DNA from: Candidatus Omnitrophota bacterium | Lineage (GTDB): Bacteria; Omnitrophota; Gorgyraeia; Zapsychrales; Aceulaceae | DNA length: 64,000 bases | Reading direction: 5' to 3' | NCBI GenBank assembly: GCA_029564765.1 | Contig: JAKQPK010000023.1 | Span: forward strand, 163,640 to 227,639 | The notes under the pieces: model-generated | What the model was told of the DNA's origin: nothing | What the model saw: the letters and a program-made list of their open reading frames with translations, nothing else | The model's database searches: none | Made by a program: the position numbers and the translations under genes | In this document: positions 47,502 to 57,532 of the stretch, piece by piece | How the letters are laid out: each line of letters begins with the position of its first letter | How positions within the stretch are numbered: the first letter of the stretch is position 1

Positions 47502-48554
47502 CTATAGATCTCCTGCAATGTTAAGAATAACACGTCCAATGGCTAGATTCTCAAGTCTAGCCAATCCTTTGTCAATATCTGCAAGAGGAAAACTTTGGTC
47601 AATAAGTTTTGTTAGACCAAGCTTTTCTGAAAGAAATAAATCAGCATATAACGGAATGTCTGCGTCCGGTCTTGCCTCTCCTCCCCAGGTGCCGATGATT
47701 CGCTTGCCCCTAATCAGGTCAAATGGATCAATATGTATCGTTTCACCTTTTGGTAAATTTCCGGCAATGACACACAAGCCGCCGTTGTCGCAAACTGACC
47801 TGAACGCCATCTCCATGGATTCCTTTTTACCAGCAGACTCAATTGAATAGTCTACCCCGCGCCCACCCGTAATTTTCATAATGATGTCAAGGACGTCTTC
47901 CTTTTTGATATTCACAGTATGTGTCGCTGCGAGTGATCGCGCGAATGCGAGCTTATCATCAGATACATCGACAGCAATAATTTGGCCAGCTTCTTTCATT
48001 TTGGCAGCCAATAAAGCACTTGAGCCTATGCCGCCAATACCGAAGATCGCGATACTCTTGCCTTGCGCGAGTTTCATCGTATTTATGACGATCCCGGCTC
48101 CCGTTGGAGCGGCACAACCCAAAAGCGCTGCTTCTTTTAAAGGCATTCGCCTATCGATCGCGACAAGCCGGTTTTCAGAAACAACAGCATATTCCATAAA
48201 AGTAGAAATAGCGCCGGAATTGACAATGCTCCCATCTCTTGTTCGGTACTGGGTTGACGGAACATCTATCCCGCTTCCCTTGATCCAAGTCAGCACCACA
48301 TGATCGTCTACTTTAACCTTTTGCACATCCGGCCCCACATCAACAACGACACCGGATCCCTCATGGCCTAAGGTATGCGGCAAGAATTTGTCCTCGCCTT
48401 TTAAACCCTTTATTTCATTAAGTTGAGTATGACAGATCCCACTGTAAGCGATCTTGATCAAAGCCTGGCCTCTTTTTAGTTCAGGAATAAGGAGTTCCGT
48501 GATCTGAAGTGGTTGACCGATCTGCCTTAAAACAGCTGCTTTTGTGGTTTTCAT
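47502..48554 (-). CDS. Zn-dependent medium-chain dehydrogenase
   Basis: GICHTQ, GHEGSG, LLGCA, GIGGIG; lacks the structural-Zn Cys loop; start moved to ATG 48554. Confidence 0.88.
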   Translation of the reverse strand: MKTTKAAVLRQIGQPLQITELLIPELKRGQALIKIAYSGICHTQLNEIKGLKGEDKFLPHTLGHEGSGVVVDVGPDVQKVKVDDHVVLTWIKGSGIDVPSTQYRTRDGSIVNSGAISTFMEYAVVSENRLVAIDRRMPLKEAALLGCAAPTGAGIVINTMKLAQGKSIAIFGIGGIGSSALLAAKMKEAGQIIAVDVSDDKLAFARSLAATHTVNIKKEDVLDIIMKITGGRGVDYSIESAGKKESMEMAFRSVCDNGGLCVIAGNLPKGETIHIDPFDLIRGKRIIGTWGGEARPDADIPLYADLFLSEKLGLTKLIDQSFPLADIDKGLARLENLAIGRVILNIAGDL

Positions 48555-48555
48555 A

Positions 48556-49005
48556 TCAAGACACAACCTCTCTTTGATATCTATCAAGCGTGACATGCAT
48601 TACAGGCGGCATCTTTAATTTCTTAGTTTCAAGATAAGAAAACATCCCTGCGCCCTGGCCTTCCATTACTTTATGGGCATGCCAAACGCTCGTAACATCA
48701 ACGGTAAAAAACCAGCTTCTTATTTTCTGGCCTTCATTTTCATCAATATAGTCAATGAGCCACAAATATTCAAAACGCTCTGGCTGGATCAACAATTCTT
48801 CAGAAAGCTCTCTTTTCATGCTTGCCAGAGGGGTTTCGTGTTCGCCAAGCATCCCGCCAAACAGGGTCCATTGACCCGGAGCAGAAATGCCGGGCTTATT
48901 ATCTCTTAGTTGTAAGACATATTTCTTATTGAACAAAAGAATGGCATGGGATGACTGTAGAAACAACAAGCTTCTCTTTTCTGCGAATTTTCCCTTAATC
49001 AGCAT
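48556..49005 (-). CDS. NUDIX hydrolase
   Basis: LQLRD...WTLFGGMLGEHETPLASMKRELSEEL Nudix box. Confidence 0.85.
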   Translation of the reverse strand: MLIKGKFAEKRSLLFLQSSHAILLFNKKYVLQLRDNKPGISAPGQWTLFGGMLGEHETPLASMKRELSEELLIQPERFEYLWLIDYIDENEGQKIRSWFFTVDVTSVWHAHKVMEGQGAGMFSYLETKKLKMPPVMHVTLDRYQREVVS

Positions 49006-49020
49006 AGCTTTACTTAATTT

Positions 49021-50808
49021 TTACGGCATTTTGATTGATTCTAAGCATGGCTTTATGATCATATTTCTCAGAAACTCTTTTCTATTCAATAAAGGCTCCA
49101 AATCTTCATTCGGCCTGCCATATTTTACCTGAGGAATAACTCTGTGCTCAGAGCTAATATGAACATTGCAAAAAACAGGACCTTTTTTCTTAAAAACCCT
49201 TTGAACGCATTCTTCTAGATCAGAGTTTCTTGACACGTCTAATGTATGGAAACCATAAGATCGAGCTATTTTAGAAAAATTGATTTCTGGCAATCCACCC
49301 TTCACTGAAGAAGCAACATAGCAGGAACCCAGCCACTGATCTTGGGTTTGCCTGATCATGCTGTATCCATCATTGTTTACAAGAAAGATCTTTATCGGTA
49401 GCTGGTGTCTTATGATCGTAGCTAGCTCTTGCAAGTTCATATGCAAACTTCCATCTCCTGTTACGCATATAATCGAAGCTCTATCCTTTGCAAAAGACGC
49501 GCCTATGCTTGCAGGTAGTGCCCAGCCCATCGCAGTGTTATTCCAATCATGGAAAAGACGTTGATCCTTTTTAAATTCAAAACCTTGCATCATCCAAGCT
49601 AAGCAACAGCCAGTATCAACAACAAGGTGATCCCCATTTTTGCACTTACGTGAAAGTGTTTTAACAAAAACATACGGATTTATTTTTTTCTCACCACAAT
49701 ATCTGGATGGACAAATGGGATATGCGGACTTCCATGTTGATATCTGCCTGAACCAGGCTGAAATATTTTTCTTCTTCACCCTTTGAATCTTGGCATTCAA
49801 TTTCTGAAGAAATACTTTTGCATCACAATGTATGAGCACGTCTACATCTAAGTTGAATCTTTTGAACTTACCTAACTCATTTTTATCAATATCAACGATT
49901 ATTTTCTTTGCCCCACGCGCAAATGTGCTGATCGGGCTTCCCGTTGCTTTTGTGTCTAATCTAGACCCTATAGATAAAATAAGATCGGCATTCTGAACAG
50001 CAAAATTCGCATAACGAGTGCCGTGAGTGCCAAAGGTGCCAATAGAACATGCATGGCGTGAAGGCAAAATATCAGCTACGGCCCATGTAGGAGCAAAAGG
50101 TAATTTTTGCTTATTAATAAATCTTTTTGCTTCTCTAATAGCCCCGGCCAAACGCACGCCTCCGCCCAAGATCACAACTGGCCGATCGGCGCAACTAAGC
50201 ATCTTTATACAAGAATCAATTTGCTTATCAATCAAAGCAGGAATATTCTTTTTACAAGGAGCAACAAAACCCTTGAGTTTCTTTGGGTCAACAGCAGCTC
50301 TCTGTAAATTATCAGGAATATCAACAAGCACTGGACCGGGCCTACCGTCTTTTGCCAAATAACACGCTTTTTCTAATTCATAGCGGATATCTTTTTCATT
50401 ACGGATCTGAACAGAATAATTTGTCACATGCCTAAACATCGCAATGACATCTGTCTCTTGAAAACCGATCTGCCGAACCCCCGTATCTTTTTTTTGCCTA
50501 AAGGTGGCGACTTGACCAGTAATATACAAGACTGGGATCGAATCATAGTACGCCGAACAAATGCCTGTCAGAAGATTTGTGGCACCTGGCCCACTCGTGG
50601 CGATGGCTGCTCCTAAATTGCCTGTTACTCGCGCATAGGCGTCAGCAGCCATAGCCCCTGCCTGCTCATGTTGCGGGCAAACATACTCTATCCCTTGAGT
50701 CTTTGCGATGGAATCTATAAGGTGTGCTGCAGCTCCCCCTGTTACAGCAAAAACATGCCGTATCCCTTGTTCTGCTAAAAATTTCGCTACATAATCTGAA
50801 AGCTTCAT
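49021..50808 (-). CDS. ThDP-dependent acetolactate-synthase-like enzyme (YerE-like, sugar branching)
   Basis: HEQAGAMAADAY, TSGPGATN, GDGSLHMNLQEL...NNDGY; start moved to ATG 50808; glycan-locus context. Confidence 0.85.
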   Translation of the reverse strand: MKLSDYVAKFLAEQGIRHVFAVTGGAAAHLIDSIAKTQGIEYVCPQHEQAGAMAADAYARVTGNLGAAIATSGPGATNLLTGICSAYYDSIPVLYITGQVATFRQKKDTGVRQIGFQETDVIAMFRHVTNYSVQIRNEKDIRYELEKACYLAKDGRPGPVLVDIPDNLQRAAVDPKKLKGFVAPCKKNIPALIDKQIDSCIKMLSCADRPVVILGGGVRLAGAIREAKRFINKQKLPFAPTWAVADILPSRHACSIGTFGTHGTRYANFAVQNADLILSIGSRLDTKATGSPISTFARGAKKIIVDIDKNELGKFKRFNLDVDVLIHCDAKVFLQKLNAKIQRVKKKNISAWFRQISTWKSAYPICPSRYCGEKKINPYVFVKTLSRKCKNGDHLVVDTGCCLAWMMQGFEFKKDQRLFHDWNNTAMGWALPASIGASFAKDRASIICVTGDGSLHMNLQELATIIRHQLPIKIFLVNNDGYSMIRQTQDQWLGSCYVASSVKGGLPEINFSKIARSYGFHTLDVSRNSDLEECVQRVFKKKGPVFCNVHISSEHRVIPQVKYGRPNEDLEPLLNRKEFLRNMIIKPCLESIKMP

Positions 50809-51506
50809 ATCTTCTTCCTTAAGGAAGGAAGCAGTCCTGAGCCTATTGCCCAAATATAATGACACATTGGCGCGTATCCAGTGTGGAGGACTTCGTCGTT
50901 CATCCCAAACATAAATACATTTTCAAAATATTTTTCCATCAGATCACGCAAACTTTTACTACTTTTAAGATTAATGTGCTGTACTCTGCTTCTTGAGGTG
51001 GCATGCGCAGAAGCAGTAATGTTGGGAGTCCCAATTATCAAAACTCCTCCAGGTTTAAGGCATTTAATAATATTGTCCAAAAATATTTTCTCTTTTTTCG
51101 GCTCTAAATGCTCAATAACATCAATGAGGAATATTCCGTCCACTACCACTCCAGGAGAGTCCTTATTTAAATCCACATACAAATATTCAACGTTCTTAAG
51201 ATGCGCAAGTCTTTTGGCATTGCCTTGAAGAAGTCTCTCATCCCAATCGCAAGCATACACTTTCTTTGCAGCCTGGGCCATGATGGGGAGGCCGAACCCG
51301 TCACCGGATCCAACTTCCATAACGCTCCTCTTCCCTTCAAGCATTTTCGCGCAGAATTTATATCTAGCTAAAACGAAACACATATGCTTAGGGTCATTGA
51401 CCAAACTGTACGATGTCCATGGCCCCATTTTCAATTCTGGAGTATTAAATTGATATTCTGTACCTTCACGATAGGCTTTTCTTGCACATTTATTAGAAGT
51501 ACGCAA
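50805..51506 (-). CDS. Class I SAM-dependent methyltransferase
   Basis: ARYKF, VMEVGSGDG, DVIEH, IGTPN. Confidence 0.85.
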   Translation of the reverse strand: MRTSNKCARKAYREGTEYQFNTPELKMGPWTSYSLVNDPKHMCFVLARYKFCAKMLEGKRSVMEVGSGDGFGLPIMAQAAKKVYACDWDERLLQGNAKRLAHLKNVEYLYVDLNKDSPGVVVDGIFLIDVIEHLEPKKEKIFLDNIIKCLKPGGVLIIGTPNITASAHATSRSRVQHINLKSSKSLRDLMEKYFENVFMFGMNDEVLHTGYAPMCHYIWAIGSGLLPSLRKKI

Positions 51507-51525
51507 TTTTATCTCCTTTAAATTA

Positions 51526-52353
51526 TTAAATATTCTTATAACGTCTTAGCTTAAATTTATTTTTATCTTTGTATAGCTGTTCCTTGAACTTCATGCCTTT
51601 TTCGCGCCAAGGATCATGGACAACGGAAAAATTCCTCCCACCGACCACATCACGCCCCTGAGCCATGCACCAATTAATACAATCATAAATATCTTCATAA
51701 CTCGTGCCCGATTTCTTCGATCTTAAAAATTCAATGGTCTTGTTATAGCTTCGCCCTGAAGCAGCCCTATGTTCTAGCGTCTGATCGTGAATTTTAGTCC
51801 TAACCCATCCAGGGCCTAAGATAAAAACATTGAGATCAGGATTCTCGTCGTCAAGAAGTTCACACGCCTTTATCAACATAATTTTAGAGGCACAGTAAGC
51901 GGAATAATTAGTAAATGGGTTGTTTGTTCCACCTCCTGCAAAGAAAACAACATGGCAGGGCTTCCTTTGGCGCCTGTAGGGATAAATTTCATGTAAAAAA
52001 CGAAGCTGTGCGACAGAGTTTACGTTTACAGATCTTTCCCACTGATCAAAATTACAACCAAAAAATCTACCTATAGGCTCCATGGATCCCACGCAAGAAA
52101 TAAAAATATCCCACGGTTGGCTTAACTCTTTATATCTATTCACACATTTTCTTATATCGGCTTTATTTCCAACATCACATTTTAAAAGATGAACACCTCG
52201 AGCATCTAAAAGAGATCTCACGCTAGCCGTGTTTCTGTATGCACCCACAACATTATATCCCTGCTTGCAATAACGTTCGGCCAACGCTTTTCCAATATCA
52301 CTACCTATACCAAGGACAAAAACATTCTTTTCTCTTGATCTTTTACTAGGCAT
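51526..52353 (-). CDS. Short-chain dehydrogenase/reductase
   Basis: GIGSDIG, YCASK, LGPGWVRT. Confidence 0.85.
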   Translation of the reverse strand: MPSKRSREKNVFVLGIGSDIGKALAERYCKQGYNVVGAYRNTASVRSLLDARGVHLLKCDVGNKADIRKCVNRYKELSQPWDIFISCVGSMEPIGRFFGCNFDQWERSVNVNSVAQLRFLHEIYPYRRQRKPCHVVFFAGGGTNNPFTNYSAYCASKIMLIKACELLDDENPDLNVFILGPGWVRTKIHDQTLEHRAASGRSYNKTIEFLRSKKSGTSYEDIYDCINWCMAQGRDVVGGRNFSVVHDPWREKGMKFKEQLYKDKNKFKLRRYKNI

Positions 52354-52356
52354 ATT

Positions 52357-53841
52357 TTATGCTTCCTGAGACTGCATTATGTTTTTGACCCTGCTATTAA
52401 CACCTAAATTTCTTCTAGTATTTATGCGCCAATCTTCTAATTCTTTCAAAGTTATACCATTCATTTTCGCAATCTTTTCTTTTCTTTCATCCGAAGAAAA
52501 ATTTATCCTATCCCACTCAAAAGATCTCAGAACTTCTAACTCAAAAGGAGTAAACTCGTTAGTTGAAATAAGTCCTTTTCCATAACCAGAATATTTGGAA
52601 ATATTTTTTATATAATCATCAGGTAAAAATTTATTGCTCAAACAAATATCCATTAATTCTGTTTTTGGAAGAGGCGTCGCTATATGAAAATTTACTATAT
52701 CAACACTGAGCTTCTCTGCGTACCTAAACGTATCTCTTATCTGATCCCATGTTTCTCCAGGAAAACCAATAATAAAGTTCGCAATTATTTCAAAGCCAAT
52801 GGATTTAGCAAGATCGAGTTTTGCAGGAATCTTGTCTAATCTAATCGGCTTTTTCACTATTTTCGTAAGAACGTCCTGGTTTCCGGATTCAATGGAAACG
52901 GTTATATGCGTACATCCACTTTTATACATAAGTCTTAATATTTCTTCATCGAGCAACCATGCAGTAACATTAACGCATTTCCATGTGAGACCTTTATGGC
53001 CTTTTAAGATTCCTTTCATTATTTCCATGGCTCTTTTTTTGTCTGCCAAAAAATGATCGTCGAGGAATATGACTTCTCGAATGCCTTGATTATACAAAAT
53101 ATCAATTTCTTTAAGCACGTTTTCTGCGCTTCTAAACCTTACTTGTTTTCCGCTTACCGTCCTGCCTGCACAAAAAATACACCTATAAGGACAGCCTCTT
53201 GAAGTAATAGTAACTGCCGAAGGATAATTTCTTGCTAACAAGCCAGGAGCGTATTTGAATTTAATATTTCCATAGTCTTGCAAAGTAGCTCCAACGACAG
53301 AGGAGTAATCAGGAAAAGGTATTTCGTCAAGATCATCTATGAATTCTATTTTATTTACGACTGGTGTCTCGCCTTGCCAGTAAGCCAATCCGCTAATACC
53401 AAGGAGGTCCTTAGTCCCTTTGCTTAGCCTATTAACAAGAAGAGGGAAAGAGCGCTCTGCTTCCCCCGCAACCCAGTAATCAACGTTCCTATCTTTCATT
53501 GCTTCTTCAAGCATAACTGTAGGAATAACACCTCCTAAGACAATTACTGCACTGGGCAGATATTTTCGAACAAGAGCTATCGCGTGCTGGGTAACATTAA
53601 AATATTCTGTCGAGATAGAGCTAATCCCCACTAAATCAGGATTTATTTCTTTGAGAAGAGCCGACATTTTCCTCTCGGAAAGATTTCGAAAATTAGGATC
53701 GAGAACAACAGTTTCTGCCTGCTCTTTAATTATTGCGCTCAAAAGACATAGAGTGTATGGTGGAAATTGCCATGTTCTTTTTGAAAGCCAGGCATAATTA
53801 GGCTGAGTTAAAAGTATCTTCTTTATTTTTCTCAACTGCAT
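52357..53841 (-). CDS. Cobalamin-dependent (class B) radical SAM enzyme
   Basis: B12-binding region (PDLVGIS, VLGG), SRGCPYRCIFC, ESG, IIGFPGET; start moved to ATG 53841. Confidence 0.9.
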   Translation of the reverse strand: MQLRKIKKILLTQPNYAWLSKRTWQFPPYTLCLLSAIIKEQAETVVLDPNFRNLSERKMSALLKEINPDLVGISSISTEYFNVTQHAIALVRKYLPSAVIVLGGVIPTVMLEEAMKDRNVDYWVAGEAERSFPLLVNRLSKGTKDLLGISGLAYWQGETPVVNKIEFIDDLDEIPFPDYSSVVGATLQDYGNIKFKYAPGLLARNYPSAVTITSRGCPYRCIFCAGRTVSGKQVRFRSAENVLKEIDILYNQGIREVIFLDDHFLADKKRAMEIMKGILKGHKGLTWKCVNVTAWLLDEEILRLMYKSGCTHITVSIESGNQDVLTKIVKKPIRLDKIPAKLDLAKSIGFEIIANFIIGFPGETWDQIRDTFRYAEKLSVDIVNFHIATPLPKTELMDICLSNKFLPDDYIKNISKYSGYGKGLISTNEFTPFELEVLRSFEWDRINFSSDERKEKIAKMNGITLKELEDWRINTRRNLGVNSRVKNIMQSQEA

Positions 53842-53842
53842 T

Positions 53843-54904
53843 TTAAAACGGCCCCTTAAACCAATCTCCCGGAACATCGTGAGGGCAGGCAGATTTGTTA
53901 TTCAAATCCTCAAATGGAATATCTTTGCGAAGCATCTGCCCGATAGCCTTCACGATATCTTCTGCTCCTTTATAAAAAACCTTTGTTAAGGTCGGGCTTG
54001 TGGGAGTCGGGACATCGGCAAGCGCTATGCGTCGCGGAGCACCCTTAAGAGAGCTAAACAACTCCATGCTGACCCGCGCTACGATCTCACTTGCAACAGA
54101 ACATGTTTCGTTGCCTGTATCAAGAACGAGTAGGCGTCCGGTCTTTTTGACCGATGAAAAGATCGTTTTCCAGTCTAAAGGGCACAGTGTTCGCAGATCA
54201 ACGACATCGCACTCCACGCCATTCTTGCTTAACACCTTAACGGCTTGCAGAGCTTCTATGGTCATATATGATGAGGCCACGATCGTAGCCGCGTCCCCAT
54301 GCCTTAAGACCTTGGCCTGGCCTAAGGCCACACGAAAATCACCTGCCGGGACATGGCCCTCAACATTGTGCAGCCAACGCTGTTCTAAAAAAATAACAGG
54401 ATTTGGATCAAAAATGCTGGACAGCAAAAGACCTTTGGCATCTGAAGCCGTCGCCGGAGCGACAACTTTAAGCCCAGGAATATGCGCAAACCAAGCCTGG
54501 AGATTTTGTGAATGTGTCGGCCCCTGCCCCCAGCCGCGCCCTAAGATCAATCGGATCGTAATTGGAACAGAATGTTTTCCTCCAAACATATAGTGCCACT
54601 TTGCCGCGTTGTTCACAAGCTGATCCATTGCCAAGAGAAAAAAATCCAGCCGTTGGTGTGTCATAACAGGACGAATGCCGTTTAAAGCAGCCCCGATCGC
54701 GATACCGGTCATAGAATTCTCAGAGGTTGGCATATCAAAGACGCGTTCAGGCCCAAAATTTTCCCTCAAACCCAGCGTTGTCCCAAAAACACCCTTAGGA
54801 TCATCTGTTCCAAGGCCATAACAGATCACATTCTTATCTTTTTGCATAGCAACATGCAATGCCTCGTTGACCGCGCGAAAGAATTTTAGATTACGCTTCT
54901 GCAT
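53843..54904 (-). CDS. ThDP-dependent dehydrogenase/transketolase E1 beta-like subunit
   Basis: DMPTSEN, QGPTHSQ, PVIFLE, VDLRTL. Confidence 0.9.
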   Translation of the reverse strand: MQKRNLKFFRAVNEALHVAMQKDKNVICYGLGTDDPKGVFGTTLGLRENFGPERVFDMPTSENSMTGIAIGAALNGIRPVMTHQRLDFFLLAMDQLVNNAAKWHYMFGGKHSVPITIRLILGRGWGQGPTHSQNLQAWFAHIPGLKVVAPATASDAKGLLLSSIFDPNPVIFLEQRWLHNVEGHVPAGDFRVALGQAKVLRHGDAATIVASSYMTIEALQAVKVLSKNGVECDVVDLRTLCPLDWKTIFSSVKKTGRLLVLDTGNETCSVASEIVARVSMELFSSLKGAPRRIALADVPTPTSPTLTKVFYKGAEDIVKAIGQMLRKDIPFEDLNNKSACPHDVPGDWFKGPF

Positions 54905-54916
54905 ACTGCCTCTTAA

Positions 54917-55888
54917 TTAAGCAAAAACATCCTTTGTTAATTCGCTTGCATCTGGAAAAGGTGACTTTTCAGCAAAATCAAAAGCCTTCGCGACCTGCCG
55001 GCTAATATCCCGCTCCACCCGCTCGATGTCTGCTTTTGATAGATCCTTTCGGCGTAAAAGTTTCTGCTCAAGCCGCAAAACAGGATCACGCTTCTTCCAC
55101 TCTAGATATTCCTGGTTCGTACGATACCCCAGATCGTTATCAAAAAGCGGGCCGCAGTGCTCTCTCCAGCGATAGGTCGAGAACTCGAAGAAGTATGGCC
55201 CTTTTCCTTGGCGGATACGGCGCAACGCGCGAGAAACCTTTTGGTAGATGCTTTCCGCGTCATTGCCGTCACCTTGTTCAGCAGGGCAACCGATCGCTTT
55301 CGCTAATGTATAGATCGCCCTTTTAGAAGGTTGGCGAACCTTGAGTGGAGAATAGACAGAGTATAAATTATTTTCACAAATAAAAAGAACCGGTAGTTTC
55401 TTGAGAACAGCAAAATTGACCGATTCATAGAACATACCTTCTTCGCTGGCGCCATCGCCAAAGAAAGCGCATGATACTTGATCCGTGCCGTGCAGGCGAA
55501 TGGACAGCCCTAATCCCACACCAACAGGGATCGTGCCGCCAACGATCGCGGTGCTTCCCATGAACCCAACACTCTTATCGACAAGGTGCATCGATCCACC
55601 CTTACCCAAAGAACAGCCCGTCGCCTTGCCATAAATTTCTGCCATCATCGCGTTCAAATTTCCGCCCTTGCCAAGATAGTGGCCATGCGAACGATGTGTG
55701 CTTACGACAAAGTCGTCCTGTCGCAAGGCTAAGCCGACCGCGGCGGAGATCGCCTCTTGTCCGGTGCACAAATGTGTTGGACAGCGCATTTTGCTCTCAG
55801 AATACCGCACGGCAATGGTTTCTTCAACCATGCGGATGAACTTCATGCGCTTCCATACATTTAACAAGATCTTATTCTTTTTATTCAT
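54917..55888 (-). CDS. ThDP-dependent dehydrogenase E1 alpha-like subunit
   Basis: HLCTGQEA, THRSHGH, GKGGSMH, GDGA...ENN; start moved to ATG 55888. Confidence 0.9.
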   Translation of the reverse strand: MNKKNKILLNVWKRMKFIRMVEETIAVRYSESKMRCPTHLCTGQEAISAAVGLALRQDDFVVSTHRSHGHYLGKGGNLNAMMAEIYGKATGCSLGKGGSMHLVDKSVGFMGSTAIVGGTIPVGVGLGLSIRLHGTDQVSCAFFGDGASEEGMFYESVNFAVLKKLPVLFICENNLYSVYSPLKVRQPSKRAIYTLAKAIGCPAEQGDGNDAESIYQKVSRALRRIRQGKGPYFFEFSTYRWREHCGPLFDNDLGYRTNQEYLEWKKRDPVLRLEQKLLRRKDLSKADIERVERDISRQVAKAFDFAEKSPFPDASELTKDVFA

Positions 55889-55893
55889 CGCTT

Positions 55894-56556
55894 TTAAGGA
55901 ATGAACCAGTAATGATCGCCGGTGTATCCAACCTCGACAAAAAACTTTTTCCAATCATCCACATGCATCATGGTCTTGGCCGTCAAATTCCATGCTTCCA
56001 TGGCCACGCGTTCTTCATCATTGCGATAAGCGTCAACAGTGATAAAGCTTCTACCGCGGCTAACGCGCTCGATCTCTTGCAAGGCTTGGGCACACTCATC
56101 GCGCTCAAGATTGTGGATCGTATTGATCGAGATCACAACATCATAGGACTTGTCTTTGAAAGGTAGGCTTTTCGCGTCGGCCACCATGACAAATGGCTTC
56201 ATATCCTCAATGGCATGGACGATCGCGTACTCTGAGATATCAATGCCTTTTACGGTGATACCGGGAATAGCTTCGTTAAGGTCGTGTAACATAAAACCCT
56301 TGCCACAGCCCACATCTAAAACAGAACTGTTTTGTGTTAATCCAAAATGCTCTTTAAATGTCGGGATCACCGGCTGCCAAAAACGAGGATTGTAGTTGAA
56401 GCCTCCGTAACCATGGCGACGGTCCCCATCAAAGAATTCTTTACCGAATTGGCGGGCAATGGCGCGATCCTCGGCGGTTTTTGAGGCGCCCCGATCCTTC
56501 ACGTCACGCTTTGTCTTTGGATAATTTACCAGAAGGTCAATTTCTTGCCCCATCAC
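55894..56556 (-). CDS. Class I SAM-dependent methyltransferase
   Basis: FFDGDRRHGYGGF, VLDVGCGKGF, LPFKDKSYD. Confidence 0.88.
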   Translation of the reverse strand: MMGQEIDLLVNYPKTKRDVKDRGASKTAEDRAIARQFGKEFFDGDRRHGYGGFNYNPRFWQPVIPTFKEHFGLTQNSSVLDVGCGKGFMLHDLNEAIPGITVKGIDISEYAIVHAIEDMKPFVMVADAKSLPFKDKSYDVVISINTIHNLERDECAQALQEIERVSRGRSFITVDAYRNDEERVAMEAWNLTAKTMMHVDDWKKFFVEVGYTGDHYWFIP

Positions 56557-57515
56557 AAACCTTTCGTGTCGGTTTTGCCGCCGTAGATCTTTTTCATCGT
56601 GCGGATGTTATAACAGTTGTCTTCATCTTTAAAATGACCACCGCGATAGGCCGCGACAAGCTCTTTGATCGCGTCTTCTACACCATATTGCGGCTTGAAA
56701 CCCGTCGCCAGTAGCTTATCGGAATTCAAACGATACGAACGCGGGTCATTGGACTCTGTGACGACAATTTCCGCAGGGACGTGGCGCGCGACCATATTCG
56801 CGATATCAAGGATAGAAATATTCTCAAAGCCCGCGTTGAAGATCCCCTGCGCCTTGCTGCCCAGCTTAAGAAAGTGCAAATAAACCCCGATCATGTCTTT
56901 CATATGAATATTGGGACGTGTCTGATCGCCGCCGAACACCGTCATTCTCTTCTTCGTCAAGGCTTGAGATGTCATCATATTCACAGACACATCCAGGCGC
57001 ATGCGAGGCGAATACCCACAGACAGTTGCCGGACGAACACACTGCAGGATAATAGCACGCTGATAGCTCAAGAAAACTCGCTCGCTAATCATCTTGGTCT
57101 TGTTGTAGTCCGAAATAGGAACAAGCTCTAAGTCTTCGGTAACCTGCGGCTCTTCTTTAACACCATAAACGCTTCCAGAGCTCGCGTAGATAAATTGTCT
57201 TATCTTGTGCTTGATGGCACTTTCGATCAACAGCATCGATGCCAAGGCATTGACTTCCCACGCTAGTTTAGAGTCCAGTTCACCGCAAGGATCGTTGGCC
57301 ACATTGGCTAAATGAAAAATAACATCCACATCCTGCATCGGGACCTTGGCAATGTCTCGAATATCACCCTGAACAACTTTCAAATTCTTGTGTTCAGCCA
57401 ATACATTGCCAAACCACATGATGTCGTAAACAGTGACCCTGTGCCCTTCCTGTAAAAGGGCTTGTGTTAAAACACTGCCGATATATCCACATCCGCCTAA
57501 AACAAGTATATTCAT
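56553..57515 (-). CDS. NAD-dependent sugar epimerase/dehydratase
   Basis: GGCGYIG, ASSGSVYG, YNKTK, SPRMRLD. Confidence 0.9.
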   Translation of the reverse strand: MNILVLGGCGYIGSVLTQALLQEGHRVTVYDIMWFGNVLAEHKNLKVVQGDIRDIAKVPMQDVDVIFHLANVANDPCGELDSKLAWEVNALASMLLIESAIKHKIRQFIYASSGSVYGVKEEPQVTEDLELVPISDYNKTKMISERVFLSYQRAIILQCVRPATVCGYSPRMRLDVSVNMMTSQALTKKRMTVFGGDQTRPNIHMKDMIGVYLHFLKLGSKAQGIFNAGFENISILDIANMVARHVPAEIVVTESNDPRSYRLNSDKLLATGFKPQYGVEDAIKELVAAYRGGHFKDEDNCYNIRTMKKIYGGKTDTKGL

Positions 57516-57532
57516 AATTTATTCCTTGCGAA

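Noticed and set aside
49021-55888. Housekeeping ilvB and pdhAB
   Set aside because: No ilvN/ilvC or E2/E3 genes; embedded among NDP-sugar genes, so gene symbols were withheld.
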